Shown one piece after another: positions 1 through 11,193 of a DNA stretch of 64,000 nucleotides. The notes under the pieces were generated by a model, which saw nothing but the letters and a program-made list of their open reading frames with translations, did no database searches and had not been told where the DNA came from. This stretch comes from an uncultured Candidatus Entotheonella sp. (GTDB lineage: Bacteria > Tectomicrobia > Entotheonellia > Entotheonellales > Entotheonellaceae): contig CBDCDA010000002.1 in NCBI GenBank assembly GCA_965215335.1, forward strand, positions 64,001 to 128,000, read 5' to 3'. Positions within the stretch are counted from its first letter, which is position 1. Every line of letters starts with the position of its first letter. A program made the position numbers and the translations under genes.

Positions 1-239
1 TTGCCTTGATTTTGCTCACCGCATTACCCCTGCTTCCTGTACTCATCACGCAATCCGGCCGCTTCCTGTCCGTTTCGTCCAGCCGCGCCCGTCATGCTTT
101 GGACGGCGCAGTATAACGCGGCGTCCCAGGGAGGGGCAAACGGGTTGCCGGCACCGTTGCAACTCTGGGAACGCATGGTAATTGCGTGTAGAATTAAACC
201 TTCTGGACAGTCACCCTAATTCATATCCCGGAGATCGGT

Positions 240-1409
240 ATGCCTGCCACGGACACCCAAACGGTCGTGCCGCTGACCACTCTGAAGGAGGAGGAAAACC
301 TCTTTCGCGCGGCGGTGCGCGACTTTGCAGAAGAGGCGATCACCCCCTTTGTAGCCTCCATGGATGAAAACGGGCGTCTCGAACCCACCCTGCTACCCAA
401 GCTGTTTGACCTCGGCTTGATGGGTATCGAAATCCCGGAAGCGTACGGCGGCCCCGGCGGCACCTTTTTCATGTCGTGTCTGGCGATCGAAGAATTGTCG
501 CGCGTCGATGCCGCGGTGGCCGTGATCGTAGACGTGCACAACACTCTCGTCACCAGTGCCCTTCTGCGCTGGGGCACCCCCGATCAACACGCCGCGTTTC
601 TGCCCATGCTGGCAAAGCACGCCATTGCCTCCTACTCGTTGTCCGAAGCCAACGCCGGCAGCGATGCTTTCTCCCTGCAGGCCCGCGCCAGGCGCCAAGG
701 TGATCAATACCTGCTGAACGGGCGCAAGCAGTGGACCTCGAATGCACGCGAGGCCGACCTGTTCATCATCTTTGCCAGCATTGATGCCGCCCTGGGCCAC
801 AAGGGCATCACCGCCTTCCTGGTCGAGCGCGACACCCCCGGGCTGCAGGTCGGCAAGAGTGAACGGAAACTCGGCATCCGTGCCAGCAGCACGTGCGAGT
901 TGCTCTTGGAGAACTGCACGGTGCCCACGGCAAACGTCCTGGGAAAGGTCGGCGAAGGCTACAAGGTGGCCATCGAAGCCCTCAACGAAGGGCGCATCGG
1001 CATCGGCGCCCAGATGGTCGGCATCGCCGCAGGCGCCCTGCAAGCCGCCATGCGCTACGCCAAGACGCGCCAGCAGTTCGGCAAGCCCATCAGCTCCTTC
1101 CAGGCCATGCGGTTTCAACTGGCCGAGATGGCGACCGAGGTCGAAGCCGCCCGGCTCATGGTTTACAACGCCGCGCGGTTGAAGGATGCCGGTGAACCCT
1201 TCCTGACGGAGGCGGCGATGACCAAGTACTATACCGCCCAGATGGCCGAGCGGGTCACCTCGAAAGCCCTGGAGGTCTTCGGCGGCATCGGCTACACCAA
1301 GGAGGCACCGGCCGAAAAGTTCTTCCGCGACGCCAAGATCGGCAAAATCTACGAAGGTACTTCGTTCATCCAGCTACAAACCATCGCCAAGCAATTGCTC
1401 GCCGATTAG
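240..1409 (+). CDS. Acyl-CoA dehydrogenase (short/branched-chain type)
   Basis: 389 aa; YSLSEANAGSD, LNGRKQWTSN, KLGIRASSTCEL and FRDAKIGKIYEGT motifs with the catalytic Glu. Confidence 0.95.
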   Translation: MPATDTQTVVPLTTLKEEENLFRAAVRDFAEEAITPFVASMDENGRLEPTLLPKLFDLGLMGIEIPEAYGGPGGTFFMSCLAIEELSRVDAAVAVIVDVHNTLVTSALLRWGTPDQHAAFLPMLAKHAIASYSLSEANAGSDAFSLQARARRQGDQYLLNGRKQWTSNAREADLFIIFASIDAALGHKGITAFLVERDTPGLQVGKSERKLGIRASSTCELLLENCTVPTANVLGKVGEGYKVAIEALNEGRIGIGAQMVGIAAGALQAAMRYAKTRQQFGKPISSFQAMRFQLAEMATEVEAARLMVYNAARLKDAGEPFLTEAAMTKYYTAQMAERVTSKALEVFGGIGYTKEAPAEKFFRDAKIGKIYEGTSFIQLQTIAKQLLAD

Positions 1410-1438
1410 GGCCAGCCTCTCGAACAACGGAGCGTTTC

Positions 1439-2617
1439 ATGGTCTTTCCCGACGAAGCCGCGTTTCAGGCATACCTGCAAGACGTCAAGGCGTTCCTGTG
1501 GCAGGAGATCGACCCCTTGGTGCCGCAGATCGAACACGATGAGTTGATCCCTTTCGAGCAACTGCGCCCGAAATTCCGCGACCACCATCTCTTCGACTGC
1601 CTGGTGCCCGAAGCCTACGGCGGCCTGGGCCTCGGCACTGTACAGTACGCCGCCGTGCTGAAGGAACTGGCCAAGATACACGGCGGCATTCGAGCTATGC
1701 TGCACGTGCACAACAGCAGCGTGCACCTGATCGAAACCGGCCGCCCGGAGCAGCAAGCGCGCTACCTGCCGGCCATGGCGACCGGCGCCCTGCTGGTCTG
1801 CTTCGGCCTCACCGAACCGGACGGCGGCTCCGGCCTGGACAGCAATTGCACGGCGGTGCGCAAGGATGACGCCTACATCCTGAACGGCCGCAAGCACCTG
1901 ATCACCAACGCGCGCGAGGCCGACCTGTTCGCCATTTTCTGCTTCACCAGCAACCCGGCCCGGAACGCCGAGCGGCAGTTCAGCGTGCTTCTGGTCGAGC
2001 GCGGCATGCCCGGCTTCACGATCACGCCCATGGCCCACACCATGGGTTGCTCCGGCGCCTCACACGATCTGCTGACGTTTGAAGACGTCGCCGTACCCGT
2101 CGAGAACGTCCTCGGCCAAGAGGGCATGGGGGCCGAGCAGATGCTCGCTTTTCTCGAAGTCAGCCGCGTCTTCATCGCCGTTGCGGCCCTTGGCACCGCC
2201 GAGCGCGCGCTGGAACTGTCGCTGGCGTGGGCCAAACGGCGCGTCACCTTCGGCAAGCCCATCGCCAACCGCCAAGCCGTGCAGAGCTATCTGGCCGAGA
2301 TGGCCACGGACATCTACGCCCTGCGCCACATGGTCCTCGATGCCCTGCACAAGTACGACGCCGGCCAGCGCATTGCCGCCGAGTCATCCATGTGCAAGCT
2401 CTTCGGTCTGGAGGCGGTCGGGCGGGTTACGGACAAAGCGCTCCTGGTGCACGGCGGACTGGGCTACCTGAAGTCCAGTCGCGTCGAAATGCTCTACCGC
2501 GATGCGCGCCTGAATTGGCTTGAGGAGGGAACCCCGACCATTCACAAACTGATCATTGCCAGGACCCTGCTGCAAGAGGAGCCTGAAACGTTCGGGCGGG
2601 GGGAGGAATTGATCTGA
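1439..2617 (+). CDS. Acyl-CoA dehydrogenase
   Basis: 392 aa; FGLTEPDGGSG, LNGRKHLITN, RVTFGKPIA and YRDARLNWLEEGT motifs. Confidence 0.93.
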   Translation: MVFPDEAAFQAYLQDVKAFLWQEIDPLVPQIEHDELIPFEQLRPKFRDHHLFDCLVPEAYGGLGLGTVQYAAVLKELAKIHGGIRAMLHVHNSSVHLIETGRPEQQARYLPAMATGALLVCFGLTEPDGGSGLDSNCTAVRKDDAYILNGRKHLITNAREADLFAIFCFTSNPARNAERQFSVLLVERGMPGFTITPMAHTMGCSGASHDLLTFEDVAVPVENVLGQEGMGAEQMLAFLEVSRVFIAVAALGTAERALELSLAWAKRRVTFGKPIANRQAVQSYLAEMATDIYALRHMVLDALHKYDAGQRIAAESSMCKLFGLEAVGRVTDKALLVHGGLGYLKSSRVEMLYRDARLNWLEEGTPTIHKLIIARTLLQEEPETFGRGEELI

Positions 2618-2640
2618 AAGGCGGGGCCCGACGACGACCG

Positions 2641-2883
2641 TCAGGCTTGCGGCTCGCCGGACCGGTGGTGTGAAAAGCTCCGTATCAGGTGCACGAGAGC
2701 GAACAGGAAGGGGATACCCAGCAGCGCCAGCATGATCAGGACCTCCGGGTTCGCAAGCACGCGGAATCCGTGTTCCAACAGGCGATTGTTGCGGACGAAC
2801 AGCACGAAACCACCGCCCAGAAACAGGCACAGCAGCGCCCTGAAAATCACGCTCCAATCGAACGGCATCTTGGCCTCAGCCAT
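2641..2883 (-). CDS. Small membrane protein with two predicted TM segments, function unknown
   Basis: 80 aa from ATG 2883 with a purine-rich RBS; hydrophobic stretches VIFRALLCLFLGGGFVLFV and VLIMLALLGIPFLFALVHLI; lies directly downstream of the third ACAD on the same strand. Confidence 0.65.
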   Translation of the reverse strand: MAEAKMPFDWSVIFRALLCLFLGGGFVLFVRNNRLLEHGFRVLANPEVLIMLALLGIPFLFALVHLIRSFSHHRSGEPQA

Positions 2884-2913
2884 GTCCAGCCGCCCCCTTT
2901 CCATGATGCCGAT

Positions 2914-4086
2914 CTACCCCTTGGGCAGGCCCAGCACCCGCTCTCCGATGATGTTCTTCTGGATCTCCGACGTCCCCGAGTAGATCGTTCCCGCCCGGCT
3001 ACGCAGAAAATTGTATTGCCAGTTGCCCTTGATGGCGTGCTCGGAGCCTTCCATGAGCTGCGAATATGGCCCCTGAAGCGACATGCCGAGTTCCTGCATC
3101 CACTTGTCCAATTCGCTCCAGTACAACTTGTCCAATGACGCCTCCGGGCCGGGCGGCTGCCCCCGCAGGCGGCTCGTGATGCCGCGGCACAGGTTGAGCA
3201 GCATGATCTCGACGCGGATGTACGCCTGCGCCAGGTCCTGCCGTAACACCGCGTCCGCCGACAGGGTGCCGCCGTTGCGCCGTGTCTTGACGGCATAGCC
3301 GATCATGGCGTCGAGCTGTTGCTTGATGCGTACCTGAGTGGCCAGCGACGAGATGCCGCGCTCGTAAGTCAGGGTGGTCATGGCAATCCGCCAGCCCTCG
3401 TTCAGTTCGCCGATCAGGTTTTGCTTCGGCACCCGCACGTTGTCGAAAAAGGTCTCGTTGAACTCGGAATTGCCGGTGATCTGCTTCACGGGACGCACGG
3501 TAATGCCGGGGCTGTGCATATCGACCAGCAGGTAGGAAATGCCGCGGTGTTTGGGGGCGTCGGTGTCGGTGCGTACCAGCAGAATACACCAGTCGGCGTA
3601 TTGCCCCAGGCTGGTCCAGATTTTCTGGCCGTTGACCACGAAGTCATCCCCGTCGAGCACGGCCTTGGTCTGCAGCGACGCCAGGTCCGAGCCGGAATTG
3701 GGTTCCGAGAAGCCTTGGCACCAAATGTCGTCGGCGTTGAGAATTTTGGCAATGAAACGTTGCTTCTGGGCTTCGGTGCCGTACTCCATGAGGGTGGGAC
3801 CGACGATGCCGATGCCCAGCCCATTGGCGGGCTGCGGGGCGCCGGCGCGGGTCATTTCCTGCGCGTAGATGGCCTGCTGAATCAGCGTGGCGCCTTGGCC
3901 GCCGTATTCCTTGGGCCAGTTGATGCCGACCCAGCCGCCTTCGTAGAGCTTGCGCTGCCAAGCGCGTCGGAAGGCAAAATCGGCGTCCTGCTCCGACGGC
4001 GGCGGTTCTGTCGGCAGATTCGTCTCCAGCCAGGTTCGCAACGTCAGCCGGTACTGCTCGTCTTCGGGAGAAAATCGCAAGTCCAT
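2914..4086 (-). CDS. Acyl-CoA dehydrogenase (FadE17/FadE26-like subgroup)
   Basis: Starts MDLRFSPEDE at ATG 4086; WCQGFSEPNSGSDLASL, NGQKIWTS and TIYSGTSEIQKNIIGERVLGLPK motifs. Confidence 0.94.
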   Translation of the reverse strand: MDLRFSPEDEQYRLTLRTWLETNLPTEPPPSEQDADFAFRRAWQRKLYEGGWVGINWPKEYGGQGATLIQQAIYAQEMTRAGAPQPANGLGIGIVGPTLMEYGTEAQKQRFIAKILNADDIWCQGFSEPNSGSDLASLQTKAVLDGDDFVVNGQKIWTSLGQYADWCILLVRTDTDAPKHRGISYLLVDMHSPGITVRPVKQITGNSEFNETFFDNVRVPKQNLIGELNEGWRIAMTTLTYERGISSLATQVRIKQQLDAMIGYAVKTRRNGGTLSADAVLRQDLAQAYIRVEIMLLNLCRGITSRLRGQPPGPEASLDKLYWSELDKWMQELGMSLQGPYSQLMEGSEHAIKGNWQYNFLRSRAGTIYSGTSEIQKNIIGERVLGLPKG

Positions 4087-4212
4087 GGGAGGATCTCCAG
4101 CACCTGAGAATAGGGCGCCAATCGTTCGCGGCCACACTCGATTTGGGCGGCACACCGTAGCACCTTTCATCGTTTCACGCAAACGACGCCGCGAAAGCGC
4201 CCTCATCCCTGG

Positions 4213-4246
4213 CCCTCCTCTAACCCCTCCCCACAGAGGGAGGGGG
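4213..4246. repeat. REP-like palindrome CCCCTCCC-n6-GGGAGGGG
   Basis: Intergenic inverted repeat (arms 4224-4231 and 4238-4245) preceded by CCCTCCTCTAA; same pattern as the element at 29786-29822. Confidence 0.55.
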
Positions 4247-4370
4247 AAACTCAAACTGAGCACTACCCGCAAACCGGGGAAACGGCGCGAATCCGCCCAT
4301 ATGCGCTTGACTACCGGCAATTGTTCGGTTAAACAAACCCCGCTCCAAACCACTGACACGGGGATCTTGA

Positions 4371-6011
4371 ATGAGTGGGTCGCATACTTTTCGGGCCCGC
4401 GGCGTGTACGTCGCGTCGTCGTACATGAGCCGGGTGGGGAAATATAACGGGCGTCATCTGCAAAAGCAGACGTTCGTCGAGCTTGCCGAACAGGTGAGCG
4501 AGATATTCGACAGCAGCCCGGTGCGTCGCGAGGAAATCGAGGCGGTGGTGGTGGGTAGCCAGAATCCGTTCGCGTTCAACAACATGGACAACGTGGCGGC
4601 CAAGATTTCGGGCTTGCTGGGCATCAGCGGCGCCAAGTCGGTGCTCATCGACACGGCTTCGAGCTCCGGGGCGAGCGCCTTTGAAAACGCCTATCTGGAA
4701 GTGGCGTCAGGGCGCTACGATCACGTGCTGGCGCTGGGCATCCAGAAGATGACCGACGTGAGCACGGCGGATGCCACGCGGATCATCGCCGGGGTAATCG
4801 ACCGCGAGGAAGCGGAGTTCGGCCTCACCATGCCGGCCTGCGGCGCGCTGGTGGCGAAGAGCCTCATGCACGAGTTGAAGCTCGACGAGGAAGCCTGGAT
4901 GGGCCTGGCCGCACAATGGGCCGAGCGCGCGCACCGTTTCGCCGCCGGGCGCGAGGAGACGCATCTCAACTTTCCCCTGCCCGTCGAGACCTACATGGAC
5001 GACAGCCGCAACGGGCGCAACTGGGTGTATTACGACCCATTACGGCTGTACGATTGCTGCCCCATGTCGGACGCCGTGGCGGCGTGCATCCTGACCGCCG
5101 AGCCGCAGCCGGTGCAGGTGGTTGGCGTCGGCTCGGCCACCGACCTGCCCACCATCGCTGACCGCGGGCGCTTCGACAGCTTCCCGGCCACCGTCATGGC
5201 TTCGCGCTGTGCCTACGGCATGGCCGGCATTCTGAACATCCGCGACATGGCCGGCAAACTCTATGTCAACATGCACGACCCGTTCAGCAGCTTCGGTCCG
5301 GTCAACCTCGTGGACCTGGGATTGATCGACCGCGACGCCTGCCTGACGGCCCTTCTGGACGAGGATATCACCGGCCCGCTGGGACGCTTTCCGACCAACC
5401 TGAGCGGTGGCCTGTTGGCGCGCGGACATCCGCTTGGCGCCACCGGCATGGTGCAGGTGGTGGAGAACCATCAGATGCTGATGGACACGCCAGCCCATCA
5501 AATGGCGCTGTCTCACTCGATCGGCGGGCCGATCAACAACAACGTCGTGACGCTGCTGGAAAAGACGGAGCACTACCAGAATGCTCAGCGCGCGCCGTTC
5601 AAGCCGACCTCGCTGCCATTGCTGGCGGCGCCCAAGCCGAGGGGCATGTCCCTGGAGGCGCTGTTTGCCGAGCGCGAGCGTATCAAGGCACGATTTCACT
5701 GCGCGACGACACGCTTCAGCCGGGAGGGCGAACCCCTCAACAGCATCGTCCTGTTGCAGGCGGTTATCGGACGCCAACGGCGTGAATTTCTGATCGGCAC
5801 CGGCCCGGATGAGTACGACACCATTCGCCGCATGCACCCCGGGCAGGAAATCCGTCTCGCCAGAAACGGCGAGGGTCTTGAGGGCCTGACGCTCGACGAG
5901 GTGCCGGTACAGCGCCTGTATCGGAAGACGATGGAGGGAATTGTGGAAATCGCCGACTCGGCATGGCACCTGCTGGTCAGGCGCAGGAGCGGCGCGCTGG
6001 TCGAAAACTGA
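4371..6011 (+). CDS. SCP2-type thiolase-family protein lacking the nucleophilic Cys, with a C-terminal extension of about 150 aa
   Basis: DTASSSG at the usual xxACxSG position; PLRLYDCCPMSD, HDPF, NLSGGLLARGHPLGATG and HSIGG motifs; extra domain after about residue 400. Confidence 0.85.
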   Translation: MSGSHTFRARGVYVASSYMSRVGKYNGRHLQKQTFVELAEQVSEIFDSSPVRREEIEAVVVGSQNPFAFNNMDNVAAKISGLLGISGAKSVLIDTASSSGASAFENAYLEVASGRYDHVLALGIQKMTDVSTADATRIIAGVIDREEAEFGLTMPACGALVAKSLMHELKLDEEAWMGLAAQWAERAHRFAAGREETHLNFPLPVETYMDDSRNGRNWVYYDPLRLYDCCPMSDAVAACILTAEPQPVQVVGVGSATDLPTIADRGRFDSFPATVMASRCAYGMAGILNIRDMAGKLYVNMHDPFSSFGPVNLVDLGLIDRDACLTALLDEDITGPLGRFPTNLSGGLLARGHPLGATGMVQVVENHQMLMDTPAHQMALSHSIGGPINNNVVTLLEKTEHYQNAQRAPFKPTSLPLLAAPKPRGMSLEALFAERERIKARFHCATTRFSREGEPLNSIVLLQAVIGRQRREFLIGTGPDEYDTIRRMHPGQEIRLARNGEGLEGLTLDEVPVQRLYRKTMEGIVEIADSAWHLLVRRRSGALVEN

Positions 6012-6065
6012 GGCGCGGTGGAATGCCGGATTACACGTCGCCAATCCGACCTGCTGATCCGCCGG

Positions 6066-6809
6066 CTAACGGCCAATCGCCAGGCGCTCCGCCAGCAAGG
6101 GCGGCAGCATGGCGTCGTAAATCTTCTCTTGCGCCGCGGCAATGTCGTAGGGAAGGCGGCGAAACTCGACCGTGGCCGCCGCTTTGTCCAGAATCGCGTA
6201 CGCCGCCAGGGGATTGCCGTTGCGCGGTTGGCCGACACTGCCTGGATTGACAAGGTAGCGGCACCCCGGGTCCAATGCCACGACTCGTGATGCGGCCCCC
6301 ACCTGAACCACTCGCCCCGCGGAACTGCATTCCCAGATCATCGGCAGGTGCGTATGACCAACAAAGCAGCCGCGCACGTCAGGTCGAAGCCGTCGCAGGG
6401 TGTCAAACGCCACCTCGAAGCCCAGCGTATCGAAAAGGTATTCATCCGTGTCGCGCGGCGAGCCGTGTGCCGCCAGCCAGCCGTCGCCAAACGGCACTTG
6501 GCCGGGCAGTCCCTTCAGATACGCCACTTCCGCGGCACTGAGTTGCTGTTGCGTCCAATCCATCGCTTCTCGCGCCCAATCGTTGAAGTCGTCGTAGCGC
6601 CGCACGCCGCACGCCGCCTGATCATGGTTGCCCGCAATGACGATGGAACAGGTCTCCCGGACCAGTTGAAGGCACTCGTGCGGATTGGCGTTGTACCCGA
6701 CGATATCGCCAAGGCAGACGACGGCGTCGACTTTGGACAGTGCGTCAGCCAGCACTGCCCGGAGTGCTTCGAGATTGGCATGCAGGTCGGAGATGATCGC
6801 GTATTTCAC
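6066..6809 (-). CDS. Calcineurin-like metallophosphoesterase
   Basis: ISDLHAN, LGDIVGY, GNHD, HGSP, GHTH and NPGSVGQPR motifs; GTG start overlaps the stop of the upstream rqcH. Confidence 0.93.
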   Translation of the reverse strand: MKYAIISDLHANLEALRAVLADALSKVDAVVCLGDIVGYNANPHECLQLVRETCSIVIAGNHDQAACGVRRYDDFNDWAREAMDWTQQQLSAAEVAYLKGLPGQVPFGDGWLAAHGSPRDTDEYLFDTLGFEVAFDTLRRLRPDVRGCFVGHTHLPMIWECSSAGRVVQVGAASRVVALDPGCRYLVNPGSVGQPRNGNPLAAYAILDKAAATVEFRRLPYDIAAAQEKIYDAMLPPLLAERLAIGR

Positions 6810-8515
6810 GGCGTCACCTTTTCCAACTCACTGGGTTCGGGTGCTGCGGGGAGCGCCGGCGCGACTTCCAGCGTGCGAAAGGTTTTCACCTGCACCTGGC
6901 CGGGCCGCGCGCCACGAAACTTGCGCACGTGCTTGACAGACGTAACCACCACTTGCACGGCTGCGGCGTCCTTGCCCTTGCTGTAGTATGCCGCCAGAGC
7001 GGCCGCGGCGCGCCGGACTTCGTCCGGCACCGCTGCATCGCCCGGTGCCTTCAGCACCACATGCGCCCCGGCATGCCCGTGCGCGTGGAACCACAGATCA
7101 TCGGGCGCCGCGACCTGACGGACAAGCGCGTCATTGCCGTGGTTGCTCTTGCCGCAGTAGAGGGTGTAACCGCCGGGCAGCGCAAACGTTCGATAGGGCT
7201 GCCCGGCGGCAGGACGGAGGCGGAGCGAAGACCGCACCGGACCCGCCGGCCGGCTGCTGCCCAGTTCCGCCCCGATCGCCTCCAGCGTGGGCCAGTCCTC
7301 GGCCTCCGCCACCTGATGAGCCAACCCTTCCAGGTACCGTTCCTCCGCCGCACATTCCTGCAGGAGCGTTTCGATCTTGCTCAGGCCGGTCTTGGTCTTG
7401 CGGTACTTCTTGAAGTACGCCTGCGCATTTTCGTTGCTGGACAGACGGGGGTCGAGCGGTATGCGGATGATTTGCTGCTGCGCACTGTAGTAATCGGTCA
7501 CCGTGGCGCACGTCGACCCGCGTGGCAGCCGTTGGGTGAGGAGCAGCGTCCCGTAACGCTGATACGGCTCATAGCTTTTCAGCTTCTCCCGGTCCCGGTC
7601 GAGATGCTCGACTTTCCTGCCGAGCTTGTGCAACCGCCGGCGCAGGGCCTTGCGCATGCCAGTACGCGCCTCTTCCAACGCGGTAGACACCAGGGCGGGC
7701 TGGGAGATGGCCGCCATGGCTGCTTGCGCATCGGACAGTGGCTCGGCACGATACCCGGCATGGCTCAACGGCAGAACGCTGACACGCTGCCGGCCATCCG
7801 GCGCCGTGCAGCGGAATAGCGCCAACGTCTGGTTGTCGTAGTCCCGCCGCAGCGCCTCCAATTGTTCCCAACACGCCCGGGTGTCGCTCGGGTGACGATG
7901 CACCAGTTCGGCAGCCAGCAGGGGCGACAGGCCAACGATGAGCCGGTTCAGGCTCGCGGCACTCCACGCATCTTGTGCCTTCAACCGGTCCAGATGGTCA
8001 ACCGTCAGGTCGGACAACAACGCCCGCTGCGGCGGCACGGCGCGCGGCGCATACGGGGTTCCTGGCAGCGCCGGGCGGCGCTGCGGCGTCGGCGCCGGCA
8101 CGTGCTTGAGCGCGTCGATGATCGCGCCCGCCGCATCCACCAACAGGACGTTGGCCTGTGATCCCTGCAACTCGTGAATCAGCCGCAATGACGACGCCTC
8201 ACCGGCCTGCTGCCAGGCGAACGTCACTACCCGCTCGTAGGGCTGCACGCTAACCGATTGCAACCGCGCGCGCCGCAGACGGGCGCGCAGCAAGGCAGCA
8301 AACCGGGGCGGGCGCGGCGGCGCTTCAAAGCGCTCCGTGTTGAGGTGCAGGCGCTGCCAGGTGGGGTGAATGGAAAGCAAAAGCCGCTGGTCACGGTGGC
8401 GCCACAATCGCAACAGGAGGTCGTCAGGGCTGAGCTGAAACACCTTCGACAGCCGCGAACCGGGCAGGCAGCGCGCCAGTTCATCCACCAAGGCTTTCAG
8501 GACGAAGATATCCAT
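6806..8515 (-). CDS. rqcH: RqcH/Rqc2 (NFACT, FbpA-like) ribosome quality-control protein
   Basis: Starts MD; coiled-coil middle; IPLDPRLSSNENAQAYFKKYRK; NFACT-R motif GKSNHGND...DLWFHAHGHAGAHVV...AAYYSK. Confidence 0.9.
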   Translation of the reverse strand: MDIFVLKALVDELARCLPGSRLSKVFQLSPDDLLLRLWRHRDQRLLLSIHPTWQRLHLNTERFEAPPRPPRFAALLRARLRRARLQSVSVQPYERVVTFAWQQAGEASSLRLIHELQGSQANVLLVDAAGAIIDALKHVPAPTPQRRPALPGTPYAPRAVPPQRALLSDLTVDHLDRLKAQDAWSAASLNRLIVGLSPLLAAELVHRHPSDTRACWEQLEALRRDYDNQTLALFRCTAPDGRQRVSVLPLSHAGYRAEPLSDAQAAMAAISQPALVSTALEEARTGMRKALRRRLHKLGRKVEHLDRDREKLKSYEPYQRYGTLLLTQRLPRGSTCATVTDYYSAQQQIIRIPLDPRLSSNENAQAYFKKYRKTKTGLSKIETLLQECAAEERYLEGLAHQVAEAEDWPTLEAIGAELGSSRPAGPVRSSLRLRPAAGQPYRTFALPGGYTLYCGKSNHGNDALVRQVAAPDDLWFHAHGHAGAHVVLKAPGDAAVPDEVRRAAAALAAYYSKGKDAAAVQVVVTSVKHVRKFRGARPGQVQVKTFRTLEVAPALPAAPEPSELEKVTP

Positions 8516-8729
8516 GGATTCCCCATTCTCTCGGAAGAGAGCGACAAGGCCTGCAAGTATACCATCATCCCTTCCAACGGCCGCTGGGCGCGTCCCCGCC
8601 CAGTGGCAAGTCACAGATCGCAAAACACGTTATAATCTCGCCCTGAAGACGCTGCCTTGCCGGCGCATGAGCGCCCTTCAGGGCGCCTCGACCTCGATCT
8701 TGTCAAGCACTCGGAGAAGGAAACCAGCC

Positions 8730-8969
8730 ATGTTCTGGAACAAAATGCCCCGCACCTTTTGGAGCTACACGGCGGGGAAAGGAGACGCCGCCGCCGAAGA
8801 GCGCGAGGTCTCGCGCGACCGCGTGCTGCGCATGATGGAACGCAATCTTCCCGGCTTGGTGGCCCTGGGTTTTGTCATGCTTCTGACCCTGTTGATGCTT
8901 TTCATGATGCTCGCCGAATTCCGGGGTTTTTACCTGGACCAGATCGGGGAAATTCTGCGACCGGGATAA
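8730..8969 (+). CDS. Small single-TM protein, function unknown
   Basis: 79 aa from ATG 8730 with RBS GGAGAAGG; hydrophobic segment LVALGFVMLLTLLMLFMML; TATAAT at 8631-8636 upstream. Confidence 0.65.
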   Translation: MFWNKMPRTFWSYTAGKGDAAAEEREVSRDRVLRMMERNLPGLVALGFVMLLTLLMLFMMLAEFRGFYLDQIGEILRPG

Positions 8970-9008
8970 ACACGATGGGGCACGACCTGGGTGTGGATCC
9001 GGTCTAAG

Positions 9009-9037
9009 TTGACAGTAATTGACTCATAAAATATACT
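9009..9037 (+). promoter_or_regulatory. Sigma70-type promoter of dnaK-grpE
   Basis: TTGACA (9009-9014), 17 nt spacer, TATACT (9032-9037) in an AT-rich patch. Confidence 0.8.
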
Positions 9038-9165
9038 TTTCTTTTTCGCATGATTGGCGATTCACCCTCGCTTTTTCAGACACGCCGAACGAACCGGCGT
9101 TGAATCCCACAGGACCGTTTGGGCGCCTATCCGTTCGATAAGCGCTTGCAGGAGGACAGGACGTC

Positions 9166-11070
<1,905 letters not shown>

Positions 11071-11193
11071 GGCAGGTCTGAACAAGTTGGAACCGCGGCC
11101 CCGGACTGCATCCGGGGCCGCCCGTTCGCCGCCAATCAGCGGACTTGCTCAGACCCTCCGCAAACCCCGCGCGGTGTGCAGAAAGGTGAGTCG

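Noticed and set aside
1..50. Possible gene start on the minus strand (..VSKIKA) running off the window
   Set aside because: Only a few codons are visible, so it cannot be supported.
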